This document shows, one piece after another, positions 12,770 to 24,495 of a DNA stretch of 64,000 nt. Origin of the DNA: Raja brachyura. Lineage: Eukaryota. The DNA is taken from positions 63,054,001-63,118,000 of the forward strand of contig OY740792.1 in NCBI GenBank assembly GCA_963514005.1. Reading direction: 5' to 3'. The notes beneath the pieces are model-generated. The model made no database searches and was not told the DNA's origin. It was given only the letters and a program-made list of their open reading frames with translations. Each line of letters opens with the position of its first letter. Within the stretch, counting starts at the first letter, position 1. Made by a program: the position numbers and the translations under genes.

Positions 12770-14435
12770 CCACATTAGGACGGTTTGTGACAGTGAGGAG
12801 AGCTGTCAATGAATGCAGCGGGGTTCAGCATGCAGCACCAGCTACAGAATGCGGGTATGCAGCATCAGCTACAGAAATGGACAGAAAAATGTCAGATGGA
12901 ATTTAATTCGAACAAGTGTGAGGTGGGGCACTTTGTGAGGTTGAATGAAAGGGGAAACTGTACAGTTAATGGCGAAACCCTTAACAGCATTGAGGTACAG
13001 AGAGATCTAAGTCAAAGATAGACAGAACCAGCATCTGCAGTTCCTTCCTACAATTGTGGTCTAAGTCCATAGCTTGATGAAAGTGGTAAAGAAGACGTAA
13101 CATGTGCTTGCTTTCATAGGTCAGGGCATTGAATATATGAAGCAGGAATCTTGCTGCAGCTTTAAAGGTCCTTGGTTACTCAACATTTGGAGTATTGTGT
13201 AGTTCAGGTCTCCCCATACAGGAAGGATGTGGAGGCTTTGGAGAGGGTGCAGAAGAGGTTCACCAGAATGCTGCCTAGATTAGAGGATATTAGCTCTAGA
13301 GAGAGGTTGGACAAACAAGGATTGTTTGCCGTGGAGTGTCGGAGGCTGAGGGAAGAACTGATAGAAGTAGATATAATTGTCAGTGGCATTGATAGGCTAG
13401 ACAGTCAGAATCTTTTTGCCAGGATGGAAATCAAAGATCCTATAGCGAGCAAGATAGTCCACTCAACGAAAAAGACATAGTACGGTCATGGGCAGATTCA
13501 TGGGTAATTTTTGGCCCCAGTTCCATAACCGGCTTCCATCTCTGCACCAAAGATTCCATAGCGGAGCAAAGATACTAGTGCGGAGACGGAAGCCGGTTAC
13601 GGAAACATCCTTGTAAATATCAAACATCTTTGGTAAAAATCTACTCATTTTCTTTGCCTATGTTCCTTCCACAGCGTGTGGGAAGTTTGGCCTAGATCAG
13701 CATGGCTGGGACGCCAGGGTAACATTGCGGGGGGGTTTGCAATGTATTTTTATGTAATGTTGTCCCTTGTCTGGGTCTTGAGTCCGAAATAAAATTAATC
13801 ATATATAAAAATAGTGTGTGTATTATATACATCTATATCACATTCATGTATGTGTGTTCTTTCTTACACAATCTAATCAGTTGTATGGTCGCTGAATAAA
13901 ATACGGCACATGAGCCATTTAAAAAAAACATTTTAAAACATTAAAAAAAATTAAAAAATTAAAATTAACTGAATTATAATTTAACACAAACTGTTCCCCC
14001 GCAACGTTGATTACACTGCGAGAGGGATATACAAAGTCGGGTCGGGTTACTGAAATGGCCGAAGAAAAGGCCCGTGTTCCCCTCCGTTGCGTACTACACG
14101 TCAGCCCATTGGATTTAGCAGGAGTGGTCTATCTTGCTCGCTGTAGGATCTTTGGTGGAAATGTCAAAGAGTAAAGGCCATAGCTTTAAAGTGAGAGGGT
14201 AAAGTTTAAATAAGGTGTGCAGAACATGTTTTTTTGGCATGGAGTGGTGAGTGCCTGGAATGTGCTGCCAGGGGTGGTGGTCGAGGCAGATACGTTAGTG
14301 GCATTTGAGGCTTTTACGCAGGCAGGCAGATATGGATCATATGCAGGCAGAGGAGATTAGTTAAACTTGGCATCATACTTGCCATGGACATTGTGGGCTG
14401 TTGGACCTGGTCCTTTACTGTACTGTTCTATTTTC
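12770..14435 (+). mobile_element. Decayed CR1 LINE 3' fragment, split by a MITE at 13432-14154
   Basis: ORFs give WTEKCQMEFNSNKCEV and HLEYCV..SPYRKDVEALERVQKRFTRMLP (CR1 RT C-terminus); homology resumes at 14155. Confidence 0.85.
13432..14154 (+). mobile_element. 723-bp non-autonomous DNA transposon (P-like MITE, CAAAGAT termini)
   Basis: 33-bp TIRs CAAAGATCCTA(T/C)AGCGAGCAAGATAG(T/A)CCACTC with 2 mismatches; 8-bp TSD ATGGAAAT (13424-13431)/GTGGAAAT (14155-14162); termini and subtermini resemble the 53591-60880 element. Confidence 0.88.
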
Positions 14436-14562
14436 TAAAAACATGTTAAAATTGAAGCCACTGTTGAAGCAAGGTGTGGATTGAGTGAGGATACAAGGAG
14501 CAGAACACTGGTTTAATGTGGATAGTACATGTCGAAGAAGACCACCCTCGCTTCTCTCCTAC

Positions 14563-14598
14563 CTGATAGATGTCATTCCCTCCTTTGCCTCTTCGTTT
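14563..14598 (-). CDS. CD247: CD3 zeta chain, coding exon 7
   Basis: ccccacag|36 nt|gtagga; KRRGKGGNDIYQ (cf. human RRRGKGHDGLYQ). Confidence 0.95.
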
Positions 14599-15026
14599 CT
14601 GTGGGGTATTAAAATATGCAAGTTAATTTACTTCTATAATACATGTTAAACAGGTACACATCTCTGGAAAATGCAGTAAGCTCTTCTGATTTGTATTCCC
14701 ATGCAGCACCTTGTTTGACATGGACCTATCAGAATGTCAAGCTCCTTGCAATATCTACCCTGAGCTGCTTTGTTGTAATCTATAGACAGCTGCAATATTA
14801 ACAGTGGGTGCACATATCTCCATGGGAAATGATCTGTGTAATATTACAGACTAGTTATGAAGTACAATATTCATCCATCTGACAAGGTGGCTTTTATTTA
14901 TTTATTTCATTACACACCAAAGCATACGTTTGGTTCAGATTTATGCCCTTGGTGGACATTCAGTTTGCTTAGTTCATACAGGGTGTGAAAAATATACATC
15001 TTCTAGATGTATGGTATGTTAGCTTT

Positions 15027-15660
15027 AGCGAATGGTATGTTAGCTTTCATAGCAAAAGGATTTGAGTATAGGAGCAGGGAGGTTCTACTTCAGTTGTATA
15101 GGGTCTTGGTGAGACCACACCTTGAGTATTGTGTACAGTTCTGGTCTCCAAATCTGAGGAAGGACATTATTGCCATAGAGGGAGCGCAGAGAAGGTTCAC
15201 CAGACTGATTCCTGGGATGTCAGGACTGTCTTATGAACAACGACTGCATAGACTCGGTTTATACTCTCTAGAATTTAGGAGATTGAGAGGGGATCTTATA
15301 GAAACTTACAAAATTCTTAAGGGGTAGGACAGGCTAGATGCAGGAAGATTGTTCCCGATGTTGGGGAGGTCCAGGACAAGGGGTCACAGCTTAAGGATAA
15401 GGGGGAAATCCTTTAGGACCGAGATGAGAAGGACTTTTTTCACACACAGAGTAGTGGGTCTCTGGAACTCTCTGCCACAGAGGGTAGTTGAGGCCAGTTC
15501 ATTGGCTATATTTAATAGGGAGTTAGATGTGGCTAAGGGGATCAGAGGGTATGGAGAGAAGGCAGGTACGGGATACTGAGTTAGATGATCATATTGAATG
15601 GCGGTGCAGGCTCGAAGGGCCGAATGGCCTACTCCTGCACCTAATTTCTATGTTTCTATG
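15027..15660 (+). mobile_element. CR1 LINE 3' fragment (young subfamily)
   Basis: ANGMLAFIAKGFEYRSREVLLQLYRVLVRPHLEYCVQFWSP...; ends in (TTTCTATG)n tail; closely similar to 57165-57825. Confidence 0.93.
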
Positions 15661-15812
15661 TGCTGGGATGCATCCACAGAGATGTCATCTGGGGTCATCG
15701 GGTGTTTCGGGTCTCACAACATCAGACACCCTCGCCCAGGCGACCCAGCCGGGGTTGATCAGGCCCCGACTTGCGTCCCAGCAGCAACCGCCCACGGATC
15801 AGCCATCTTAAT
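15661..15812 (-). mobile_element. 3' end fragment of a non-LTR retrotransposon, possibly Hero-clade
   Basis: Minus strand reads IKMADPWAVAAGTQVGA-stop then a GC-rich 3' UTR (gggcctgatcaaccccggctgggtcgcctgggcgagggtgtctgatg...), which I recall as resembling fish Hero-type element ends; not verifiable here. Confidence 0.45.
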
Positions 15813-16060
15813 AACTACTCTGCAGGGGTTGGGAGACTCTAGTGCATGGAGGGACTGGGCTCTGTGGGGTGAATCCTGGCCTGGCACCTCCTGCATCTCA
15901 CCAGGTTCAAGGCCTGTGCGCTGCACCTCTTTCTCCTTCTCCGAGCATTTCATTATCTGACCTGACCATATCTCTACAGCCAGAATCAATGAAATTTGGA
16001 GCTGTTTATTTAGAGGACGTTACAGTAATTGACTGATGAATCGGGTCATGTTCACTGTAC

Positions 16061-16117
16061 CTGTTGAGTTGGTTTCAATTCGCCATAAGCTTCATTTCTT
16101 GTCTTGGCATTCAGTTT
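16061..16117 (-). CDS. CD247: CD3 zeta chain, coding exon 6
   Basis: tgtttacag|57 nt|gtacag; KLNAKTRNEAYGELKPTQQ (19 aa, cf. human ELQKDKMAEAYSEIGMKGE); completes ITAM2 YSKL-x8-YGEL. Confidence 0.92.
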
Positions 16118-16810
16118 CTGTAAACAAAGTAAAATTCACCATCAGTAAAAAATACATTTAATTTACAGCAAAAAGAAAGAGCTGGAGCATCTGTGAAGGG
16201 ATTGGACTGAAAACGCTTTGGATTGGGAGCCTTCATTAAGCTGGTGATTTAGTCCTCGCGCTAACTAGAGAGTGGTCCTGACCTCCCATCTATCTCAAAC
16301 TATCTCTAATCAGACTTTGCAGGACTTTAACTTGTAAAAAGTGTTATATCCTTTATCTATACATTGTGGATGACTTGTTTGTAATCACTATCTCTGTACA
16401 CGTGACAATAATAGACAAAACTAATTTCCACATTTCCCACTTGTTTCTGGAGAAGGCTGCATAAGTTCCCTATGTTGAATAGTCTTGTCTGACCCACAGA
16501 AGGACCATGTAGCAGGAAGAGATGCTGCATTAGAATACATAGCACACAGCTATTGGTCAAATTTCAAGCACACAGTTGGGGTTGGGTGGTAAATGCATCT
16601 CCTGCTGTTGGAGTCTTACCACTCAGAAGAAGGCCAGTAATTCCAAGCTGATCGCGGTTTGACAGCACATGACTCTCCTGCACTGCATGCTCAGTACATC
16701 GTTTGGCATTTACCCGGCACAAACTCTTAATTTTCCCCTCCCTTCGACCAATATTAATGACCAAAGCACTCTTTGCTTCCAAAAAAAACAGAAGTTTAAG
16801 CCAGACTTAC

Positions 16811-16849
16811 AGAATAAGTGTCACTGGAGGCAGCATTCATCCTTTCATT
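16811..16849 (-). CDS. CD247: CD3 zeta chain, coding exon 5
   Basis: ctctttcag|39 nt|gtaagt; NERMNAASSDTYS; supplies the first Tyr of ITAM2. Confidence 0.85.
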
Positions 16850-16885
16850 CTGAAAGAGAGCAAAACAGGGAGGTGAGGATTGAAG

Positions 16886-18240
16886 ATAGACACAAAAAGC
16901 CAGAGTAACTCAGCGGGAGAGGCAGCATCTCTGGAGAGAAGGAATGGGTGACGTTTTGAGTCGAGACCCTTCCTCAGACTGGTCAGGAATCAGGGAAACG
17001 AGAGATATAGATGGTGATGTGGAGAGATAAAGCATAATAAATGAAATATCTGCAAAAAAGTAACGATGGTAAAGGAAACAGGCCATTGTAAGCTGTTTGT
17101 TGGGTGAAAATGAGAAGCTATTGTGACTTGGGTGGGGGAGGGATGGAGGGAGAGGGAATGCCGGGGCTACCTGAAGTGAGAGAAATCAATATTCATACCA
17201 CTGGGCTGTAAGCTGCCCAAGCGAAATATGAGATGCTGTTCCTCCAACTTGCGTTTAGCCTCACTCTGACAATGGAGGAGACCGAGGACAGAAAGGTCTG
17301 TGTGGGAATGGGAAGGGGAATTAAAGTGTCCGGCAACCGGGAGGTCAGGTTGGTTCACGCGGGCTGAGCGAAGTCTGCGTTTGGTCTCACCGATGTATAA
17401 GAGTCCACATCTTGAACAACGGATACAGTAGATGCGGTTGGAGGAGGTGCAAGTGAACCTCTGCCTAACCTGAAAGGACTGTCGGGGTCCCTGATCAGAG
17501 TTGAGGGGGGAAGTGTAGGGACAGGTGTTGCATCTTCTGCGGTTGCAGGGGAAGGTACCTGGGGAGGGGATGGTTTGGGTGGGGAGAGATGAGTTGACCA
17601 GGGAGTTGCGGAGGGAACGATCTCTGCGGAAGGCGGAAAGGGGTGGAGATGGGAAAATGTGGCTAGTGGTGGGATCCTGTTGGACGTGGCAGAGATTTTG
17701 TAGGATCATGTGTTGTATGCGACGGCTGATGGGGTAACGTCTAGGGGACTGTCCCTGTTGCGACTAGAGGGAGTGGTAGCAAGGGCGGAACTGCGGGGTA
17801 CTGAGGAGACATGAGTGAGGGCCTCATCTATGATGGGAGAGGGGAACCCCCATTCCCTAAAGAATGAGACATCTCGGATGTTCTAGTATGGAACATCTCA
17901 TCTTGGGCGCAGATGCGGCGTAGATGGAGGAATTGCAAGTAGGGGACAGAGTCTGTGCAGGAAGCAGGGTGGGAAGTGGGCTTAGTAGTAGACGTCAGTC
18001 AATAGTCTAATTCTTGTGATGGAGACTGAGATCAAGAAAGGGGAGGGAGGCGTCGGAGATGGTCCAAGTAAATTTGAGCGCAGAGGATGAAGATTGGTGG
18101 TGAAGTTGATGAAGTCCATGGGTTCTGCCTGGGTGCAGGAGGGTAGCACTGATGCAGTCGTCAATGTAACTGAGATAGAGTTTGGGGATAGGACCAGTGT
18201 ACGCCTGGAACAGGGATTGTTCAATGTACCCACTGAAACC
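16886..18240 (-). mobile_element. Penelope-like element (Neptune-type), 5'-truncated, in CD247 intron 4
   Basis: RT remnant LYLSYIDDCI, Cys-rich linker PGTFPCNRRRCNTCPY, GIY-YIG nuclease IYCIRCSRCGLLYIGETKRRL; frameshifted. Confidence 0.93.
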
Positions 18241-18589
18241 ACACTGTATCAGCAAATTTAGACAGGCCTAAGTGATCAAAATGTTTCTCAGGTGAACAAC
18301 TCCCATCCTCAACCTTTTCAATGGGTTAGCTCCATTTCATAGACCTCTCCAGGTCCCAGCACTCGGATCTGCCCGTTTGTCATGGCTTGTCAACTTATGT
18401 CACAGGCAAAGCAGCTGAAGGCGGGCACACAGCCCGTTTCAAATCAACTCTGCCGGGGCTGCTAGCCATTGTGGCACAGCTAATGGGGAAGTCAGGCCAC
18501 CTCGTGCCAGCGTTTACTGGTTGGGCAGCGGTGGAGAGAGCAGCTCCCAATTCCCGTCCATCAAGGTCTCTAGACCCAGCACATAGATG

Positions 18590-19160
18590 TGATCATGATG
18601 AAGGCACGCCAGCATGTCGACTTTCCAAGAAATTTGAAGAGATTTGGCATGTCACCGAATACTCTAACAAGAAAGTATCTTGACTGGCTGCACCATGGCC
18701 CATTACGGGCAACCCCAACACACAGGAGCACAAGACATTGTGGAGAAGGGTGGACTCAGCCCTCCCCACCATCAAAATCAGCGACATGTGGCGGCATCTA
18801 TCATGAAGGACCCCCATCATCCAGGCCGTGGCCTCTGCTCACTGCTACCGTAGGGAAGGGCGTACAGGTGCCTGAAGTTCCAGTCCACCAGGTTCAGGAA
18901 CCATCAACCATCCAGCAACCATCAGGGTCTTGAACCAACCCGCACAAACCTAATCCTACCTCAGGACAAGGACCATCTCTTGCACCCCCATGGACTCATT
19001 CTAGGTGTGTTTTTGCACCACTGTCTTGCTTTTTGCAGTTTGTTTTCATGTTTTGTCCCATCGATGTTTGTGTGCTATCGAAGTCTATGTACGTGTGATG
19101 CTGCTGCAAGCAGGACTTTCACTGTACTTGCAGCTCACTGTGCTTGCAGCTACAACTACA
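18590..19160 (+). mobile_element. Old Rex1/Babar-type LINE 3' remnant
   Basis: KARQH..F.RNLKRFGMSPNTL resembles the Rex1 RT C-terminus; heavily decayed. Confidence 0.55.
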
Positions 19161-20341
19161 AACGCGGCTTCACGCACTGCCACTGATTCTAGCAGTTCCT
19201 GTGAGCAGCCACTGGGAGGAACTCCAAGGTAAGTTTCAAAACCATGACCGCAGCAGCCAGACATTTAACGTCACGTTAGTGGAAACACCCAGGCAGTTGT
19301 CGAGGCCCGGTCGACATGAGAGCAGGTTTGGGACTGCCTAATGTGAATCTTTAATTTTCTTTCATTTGAATTGAAAGAAAAGTACACCATGGCGCATTAT
19401 TTACCTTGTCTCTGTAGACATCAGTAAATCAGTGAGCATGCCGCAAAACAGCATATGCTGTTCAGACATTGTTGCTCAGAAACGTGCAGTTTGCCTGACG
19501 TACGGTGATCTTCATACTTTTTGTGTTTAAACATCTGTGTCAATATTAAAAACTATATCCACACTGACCTATTAAAGGTTTTAAGTGTAAAAAGAATGAA
19601 GCCTCTTCCCGTTGCAAGACAATTAGGTTTGATTGTGTTTCAGAATATCACCTCCAATTCTTCTGCGTACGAGTAAGCAGATGAAGCTACAAAATATTTC
19701 CTCACTAGATAACCCACCCAGGAACAAACTAGTAAACCAACACTGCTGCCAAGGCAGCATTTGCAAGATTTTTGACTTTACAATACTGTATAAGTGTGGT
19801 CTTAAAATCCTGCATATTGGTAGCAAAGCTCTTAGATTTTGTATTCCATCTTACTTGCAATCTTTGGTGAGAAAGATCCTTACAGCAGTAAAACACTGCA
19901 GCTGATGGAAATAGTTAGCAGCTCAGAAATCATACAACACGACACAAGTCCTACAGCTAGTCTCATTTGCACTTATCCCTGTCAACGTTTCCTTATCCAT
20001 GTCTCTATACAAGTGGCTTTTCAATGTTGATATTATAATACCTGCCTCAACTACTTCCTCTGGCAGCTCATTCTTTATACTCCACCTCTCTCCATGTGAT
20101 ACAGATCACCCCTCAGATCCCCATTAAATCTCGCACCTCTCATTTTAAATGTATGTCCTCTGTTTTTGATCTCCCCGCCTCCCCTCCCCCACCTCTACTC
20201 ACTCTGAGGAATAGTTTCTCCACAAATCCTGCCCTCCTTGATCCAAGGCCCATTCTCTGTTTCCATCTGCCAGCACATCCTACCCACACCCATGGATCCC
20301 GGCTCCCTTGATTTTGTCTGCTTTGATCCACCTGGAGGCAG

Positions 20342-20915
20342 GATCGTCCCAAATCAATAACCCGTGCCTGCCTTCTCCCCATATCCCTTGACTCCACTAG
20401 CCCCTAGAGCTCTTTCTAACTCTCTCTTAAATCCATCCAGTGACTTGGCCTCCACTGCCCTCTGTGGCAGGGAATTCCACAAATTCACAACTCTCTGGGT
20501 GAAAACGTTTTTCCTCACCTCAGTCTTAAATGGCCTCCCCTTTATGCTAAGTCTGTGGCCCCTGGTTCTGGACTCGCCCAACATTGGGAACATTTTTCCT
20601 GCATCTAGCCTGTCCAGTCCTTTTATAATTGTATATGTTTCTATGAGACATAGGAGCAGAATTAGGCCATTCATGGCTGATCTTTTCTCCATTCTTAACC
20701 CCATAACCTTTGATGCACTTACTAATCAAGAACCAACCAACTCTGCTTTAAAAATACCGAAAGCCATGGCCTCCACTGCCATCTGTGGCAGTGAATTCAC
20801 AGATTCACCACCATCTGACTAATGATATTCCTCCTTATATCCGATCTAAAGGTACGTCCTTTGATTCTGAGGCCGAGCCCTCTGTTCCTAGACTCTCCCA
20901 CCGGGGGAAACATCC
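20342..20915 (-). mobile_element. Two adjacent CR1 3' fragments
   Basis: LIETYTIIKGLDRLDAGKMFPMLGESRTRGH...EKAGTGY (20354-20640), plus an older fragment from 20645 to about 20915. Confidence 0.88.
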
Positions 20916-21027
20916 AACTCCCCTGGGCCCTCAGCCCACTTTTGATTAAGCTCCTGTTGCAGAATTTATATTCTGTGTCTTTCTTTGGAAAGCGTTATTC
21001 CTTCGTGGAAGAAATGTGAAACCTTAC

Positions 21028-21117
21028 CCGCCTGCCTCCGGTTGCAGCTTCTGTGTCCTGCTGTCGTTTGTTAAACTTCAGATCTGAATAGGGGTCTTGA
21101 TTCTTCTTCTGCAGGGC
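21028..21117 (-). CDS. CD247: CD3 zeta chain, coding exon 4
   Basis: ctttacag|90 nt|gtaagg; ALQKKNQDPYSDLKFNKRQQDTEAATGGRR; completes ITAM1 YEAL-x7-YSDL. Confidence 0.92.
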
Positions 21118-21282
21118 CTGTAAAGATTAGAAGCTTCTGTTATTTTCAGATTCTATAATAATTGGATCAATTTATCTCCTCTAGGCATTTAAACTCTGAC
21201 ATTGTGCTCCAATCGATGCGGAATCCAAGCGCTTCGGTATCTAACTCAATTCGTCCCCATGCTCCCTGTAACATTTGCGCCA

Positions 21283-21950
21283 TTGAGTACAGTTTTGGTC
21301 TCCTAATTTGAGGAAAGACATCCTTGAGATTGAGGCAGTGCAGCGTAGATTCACGAGCTTGATCCCTGGGATGGCGGGACTGTCATATGAGGAAAGATTG
21401 AAAAGACTGGGCTTGTATTCACTGGAGTTTAGAAGGATGAGGGGATATCTTATAGAAACATATAAAATTATAAAAGGGTTACACAAAAAGCTGGAGAAAC
21501 TCAGCGGGTGCAGCAGCATCTAAGGAGTGAAGGAGATAGGCGACGTTTCGGGTCGAGACCCTTCTTCAGACCCATAAAATTATAAAAGGACTGGACAAGC
21601 TAGACGCAGGAAAAATGTTCCCAACGTTGGGCGAGTCCAGAACCAGGGGCCACAGTCGTAGAATAAAGGGGAGGCCATTTGAGACTGAGGTGAGAAAAAA
21701 CTTTTTCACCCAGAGAGTTGTGAATTTGCGGAATTCCCTGCCACAGAGGGCAGCGGAGGCCAAATCACTGGATGGATTGAAGAGAGAGTTAGATAGAGCT
21801 CTAGGGGCTAGTGGAATCAAGGGATATGGGGAGAAGGCAGGCACGGGTTATTGATTGGGGACGATCAGCCGTGATCACAATGAATGGCGGTGCTGGCTCG
21901 AAGGGCCGAATGGCCTCTTCCTGCACCTATTTTCTATGTTTCGATGTTTC
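21283..21950 (+). mobile_element. CR1 3' fragment interrupted by a Penelope-derived 96-bp insert (21478-21573)
   Basis: RKDILEIEAVQRRFT... then MFPTLGESRTRGH...; insert flanked by 16-bp direct repeat ATAAAATTATAAAAGG (21462-21477, 21574-21589). Confidence 0.9.
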
Positions 21951-22098
21951 CCGCACCCCCTTTAAAGTCACCTGGTTCACATGCATACTTATATCACCGT
22001 GCAACGTCTTTATAAAAGGTGCATTAAATATTTTGGTGGATTAATAGGAGCAATGTCGAATATTCCAGACTGTCTGGAGCCCCAGGATAACTCCATAC

Positions 22099-22167
22099 CT
22101 CATATGGTCCTTCCGTATTTGGTTGGTTTGCAGCAGTATCTTCTAACTTGCTTTTTGCCTTGGTCAG
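22099..22167 (-). CDS. CD247: CD3 zeta chain, coding exon 3
   Basis: tttcaaag|69 nt|gtatgg; LTKAKSKLEDTAANQPNTEGPYE; phase 0; supplies the first Tyr of ITAM1. Confidence 0.88.
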
Positions 22168-22729
22168 CTTTGAAATCAAAATGAAAAAGGTTTGCAGTTT
22201 TCAATTCTACGCCGGAAATGAATATATTTTTAACCACTCCCCTCCATGCCCATTCGCCCCCAGCCTTTCCCCGGCACCAAGCTCATCACCCCCACACTCC
22301 CCTCTCACTGTGGCTGCCAACCACACTCCCATCTCAACCCACCCACTCTTCTTTCCACCAACCCCCACAACATCCACCTCCTCTCACTGCAAGGAATCCA
22401 ATTGAACCTCCGGGCCGTGTTTGTCCTGCCTCACTGCCCCTCCCACTCTTCACGGCACCCTCTTGTCCCACACCAGCCCCATTCAACCATTTCCCACCCA
22501 TGAACCAAGTCCTGCCGCCCTCCTCATTCCCCCTTAATATCCCTTGTCTACTACCTGCTCACGCAGACTGTACCCACCCCAATAACCTCCCCCCCCCCCC
22601 CCCCCCCCCTCCACAACCGATAGCTGTACAACTGCACAATGCCCAAAGTAGACACGCCATGGTTTCCCCTCAGAAACCCTTCTGGAGCTACAGTGGCCTG
22701 TCCAATGGCACCTGGTGTTGGCAGGTTTT

Positions 22730-22890
22730 GTTTAGTTTAGTTTAGAAAGACAGCATGGAAACAGGCCATTCGGCCCACCGAGTCCACACTGACCAGCGAT
22801 TCCTGTGCACGAGTGCTATCCTACTCGCTAGGGACAATTTACAATCTTTACCAAAGCCAATTAGCCTACAAACCTGTAGGTCTTTGGAGT
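22730..22890 (-). mobile_element. HE1-type SINE 3' fragment
   Basis: (TTTAG)n tail then acagcatggaaacaggcc.ttcggcccaccgagtcc, shared with fuller copies at 26125, 30811 and 35755. Confidence 0.75.
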
Positions 22891-23438
22891 GTGGGGGGGG
22901 GGGGGGGGGGCTGCCCTCATTTATTGCATTTCATAGTCATCTGTAGCATTTCATAGAGTCATTTCAGCCGTGGTCTTGGTTAACCAGAGCAAGTGGTGGA
23001 TATGGAAGGGTTCTTTAGGTAGGAATTGCAGAGTCAGGCAAGTGGCACATATCCATGACTCTGCAGAATGATGTTTGCACACATGTTGGTTTGGAATCCA
23101 TAATTGATGAAGCCCCTACTTTAGAACACACTCTGAAATTTTGGAGAGAATACATTCGAACAACAGAAGACTGACCTCGTGTATGTCATTTAACGATGAC
23201 AGTTCTTTGTGTGGAAAGAAGGAACTGCAGATTCTGGTTTACAAAAAAAAGGGCACACAATGCTGGAGTAACTCAGCAGGTCAGGCAGCATCTCAGGGGA
23301 CCTGAATAGGTGATGTTTCGGATCAGGACCTTTTCTTGTGTTCACATCAATATGATGCAGGGACCTGAATAGCTATTCATAGTGTCTGGCAGCATTTCAA
23401 TCTGTATAAGACTTTGGAAACACGTCCCAATAACTTAC

Positions 23439-23542
23439 CCTCAGTTTAAGGTAGAGAGCAGTGATTATAATGCCATAGATAAAGAGAATTCCATCCAGGA
23501 TGTAACATAACTTCGGGTCATTCAGGTCCATAGTGTCAGCAT
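23439..23542 (-). CDS. CD247: CD3 zeta chain, coding exon 2 (short ectodomain + transmembrane)
   Basis: Minus strand: acag|104 nt|gtaagt. Translates (D)[34 protein letters not shown], matching mammalian [27 protein letters not shown] with the dimer Cys, TM Asp and Tyr/Thr pair conserved. Confidence 0.97.
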
Positions 23543-23629
23543 CTGTTAATGTTGGAAACAAAAGGTCTGATCAACGCCCCTTCCAATCAATATCTAACGA
23601 TTCCATTGTACACCATCAGTAGTTTTCAA

Positions 23630-23830
23630 CAGGTAGACAAAAGTGCTGGAGAAACTCAGCGGGAGAGGCAGCATCTATGGAGCGAAGGAAATAGGCAACG
23701 TTTCGGGTCGAGACCCTTCTCCAGACTGATGTGAGGGTGGTGGGGGGCGGGAAGGGGAAAGGAAGAGGCGGAGACAGTGGGCTGAGGGAGAGCTGGGAAG
23801 GGGAGGAGAGAGCAGGGACTACCTGAAATT
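23630..23830 (-). mobile_element. Penelope-derived terminal fragment just upstream of CD247 exon 2
   Basis: Same terminal unit including cgtttcgggtcgagacccttct, ending at ctacctgaa, the stop region of the PLE ORF. Confidence 0.8.
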
Positions 23831-24381
23831 AGAGTCATTTTCAACAAATAACCATGGTTATATTTCATTTCAATATTGAAACTAATTGGCGAATGTGATG
23901 ATTTAATTGATAATACTTGGTCTTTTCCTATCGATAAAGTGTACACTCACACCTCGTAACATCTGATGTTGCCCGAATCATACTTTGTGCTATCTGGCCC
24001 ACTCGTTTATGCTGTTGGCAGGAAGCAAATATTCCAATCTTCAGCATTTCTGTTTATTATCCTTTACAAAAGTAACCGTATCTAAAATAATTCTGCCAGT
24101 GTATTCTCAATATGATAGGTTTGCACATTGGTTTCTTCTTATTCCCAGCTCACTAACATTTTAAATATAAAAATGTCACTGGTGTTTTAAAATCCTGCCA
24201 TGACCCTGCCCAGGGCTATGTCCGTAATCACCTCGCATTCTGCATGTACTGTCTGCAATGACCATTTCAGCTATCACTGAATATCCAGATTTTCTGATCA
24301 ATGCTGTCATTAGGAGACGGTTGGACACAAATGTCATCATAACATCAGTCACTGCGGTCCAAGGAGTGCATATGTACATGT

Positions 24382-24495
24382 AGGCAAAGATGCTGGAGAA
24401 ACTCAGCGGGTGCAGTAGCTTCATAGATGAGTTGAGTTTCTCCAGCACTTCTGTCTACCTTCCATTTTCCAGCATCTGCAGTTCCTTCTTAAACA
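24382..24495. mobile_element. Short Penelope-derived insertion with inverted head
   Basis: Inverted gctggagaaactca / tgagtttctccagc; 13-bp TSD CATATGTACATGT (24369-24381, 24496-24508). Confidence 0.85.

Noticed and set aside
15690-15732. Hammerhead-like CTGATG...GAAAC on the minus strand
   Set aside because: Core reads CTGATGT rather than CTGANGA and no NUH site follows; a simple hairpin is more likely.
22218-22745. 175-aa proline-rich ORF
   Set aside because: C-rich low-complexity intronic sequence antisense to CD247, with no domain signal.
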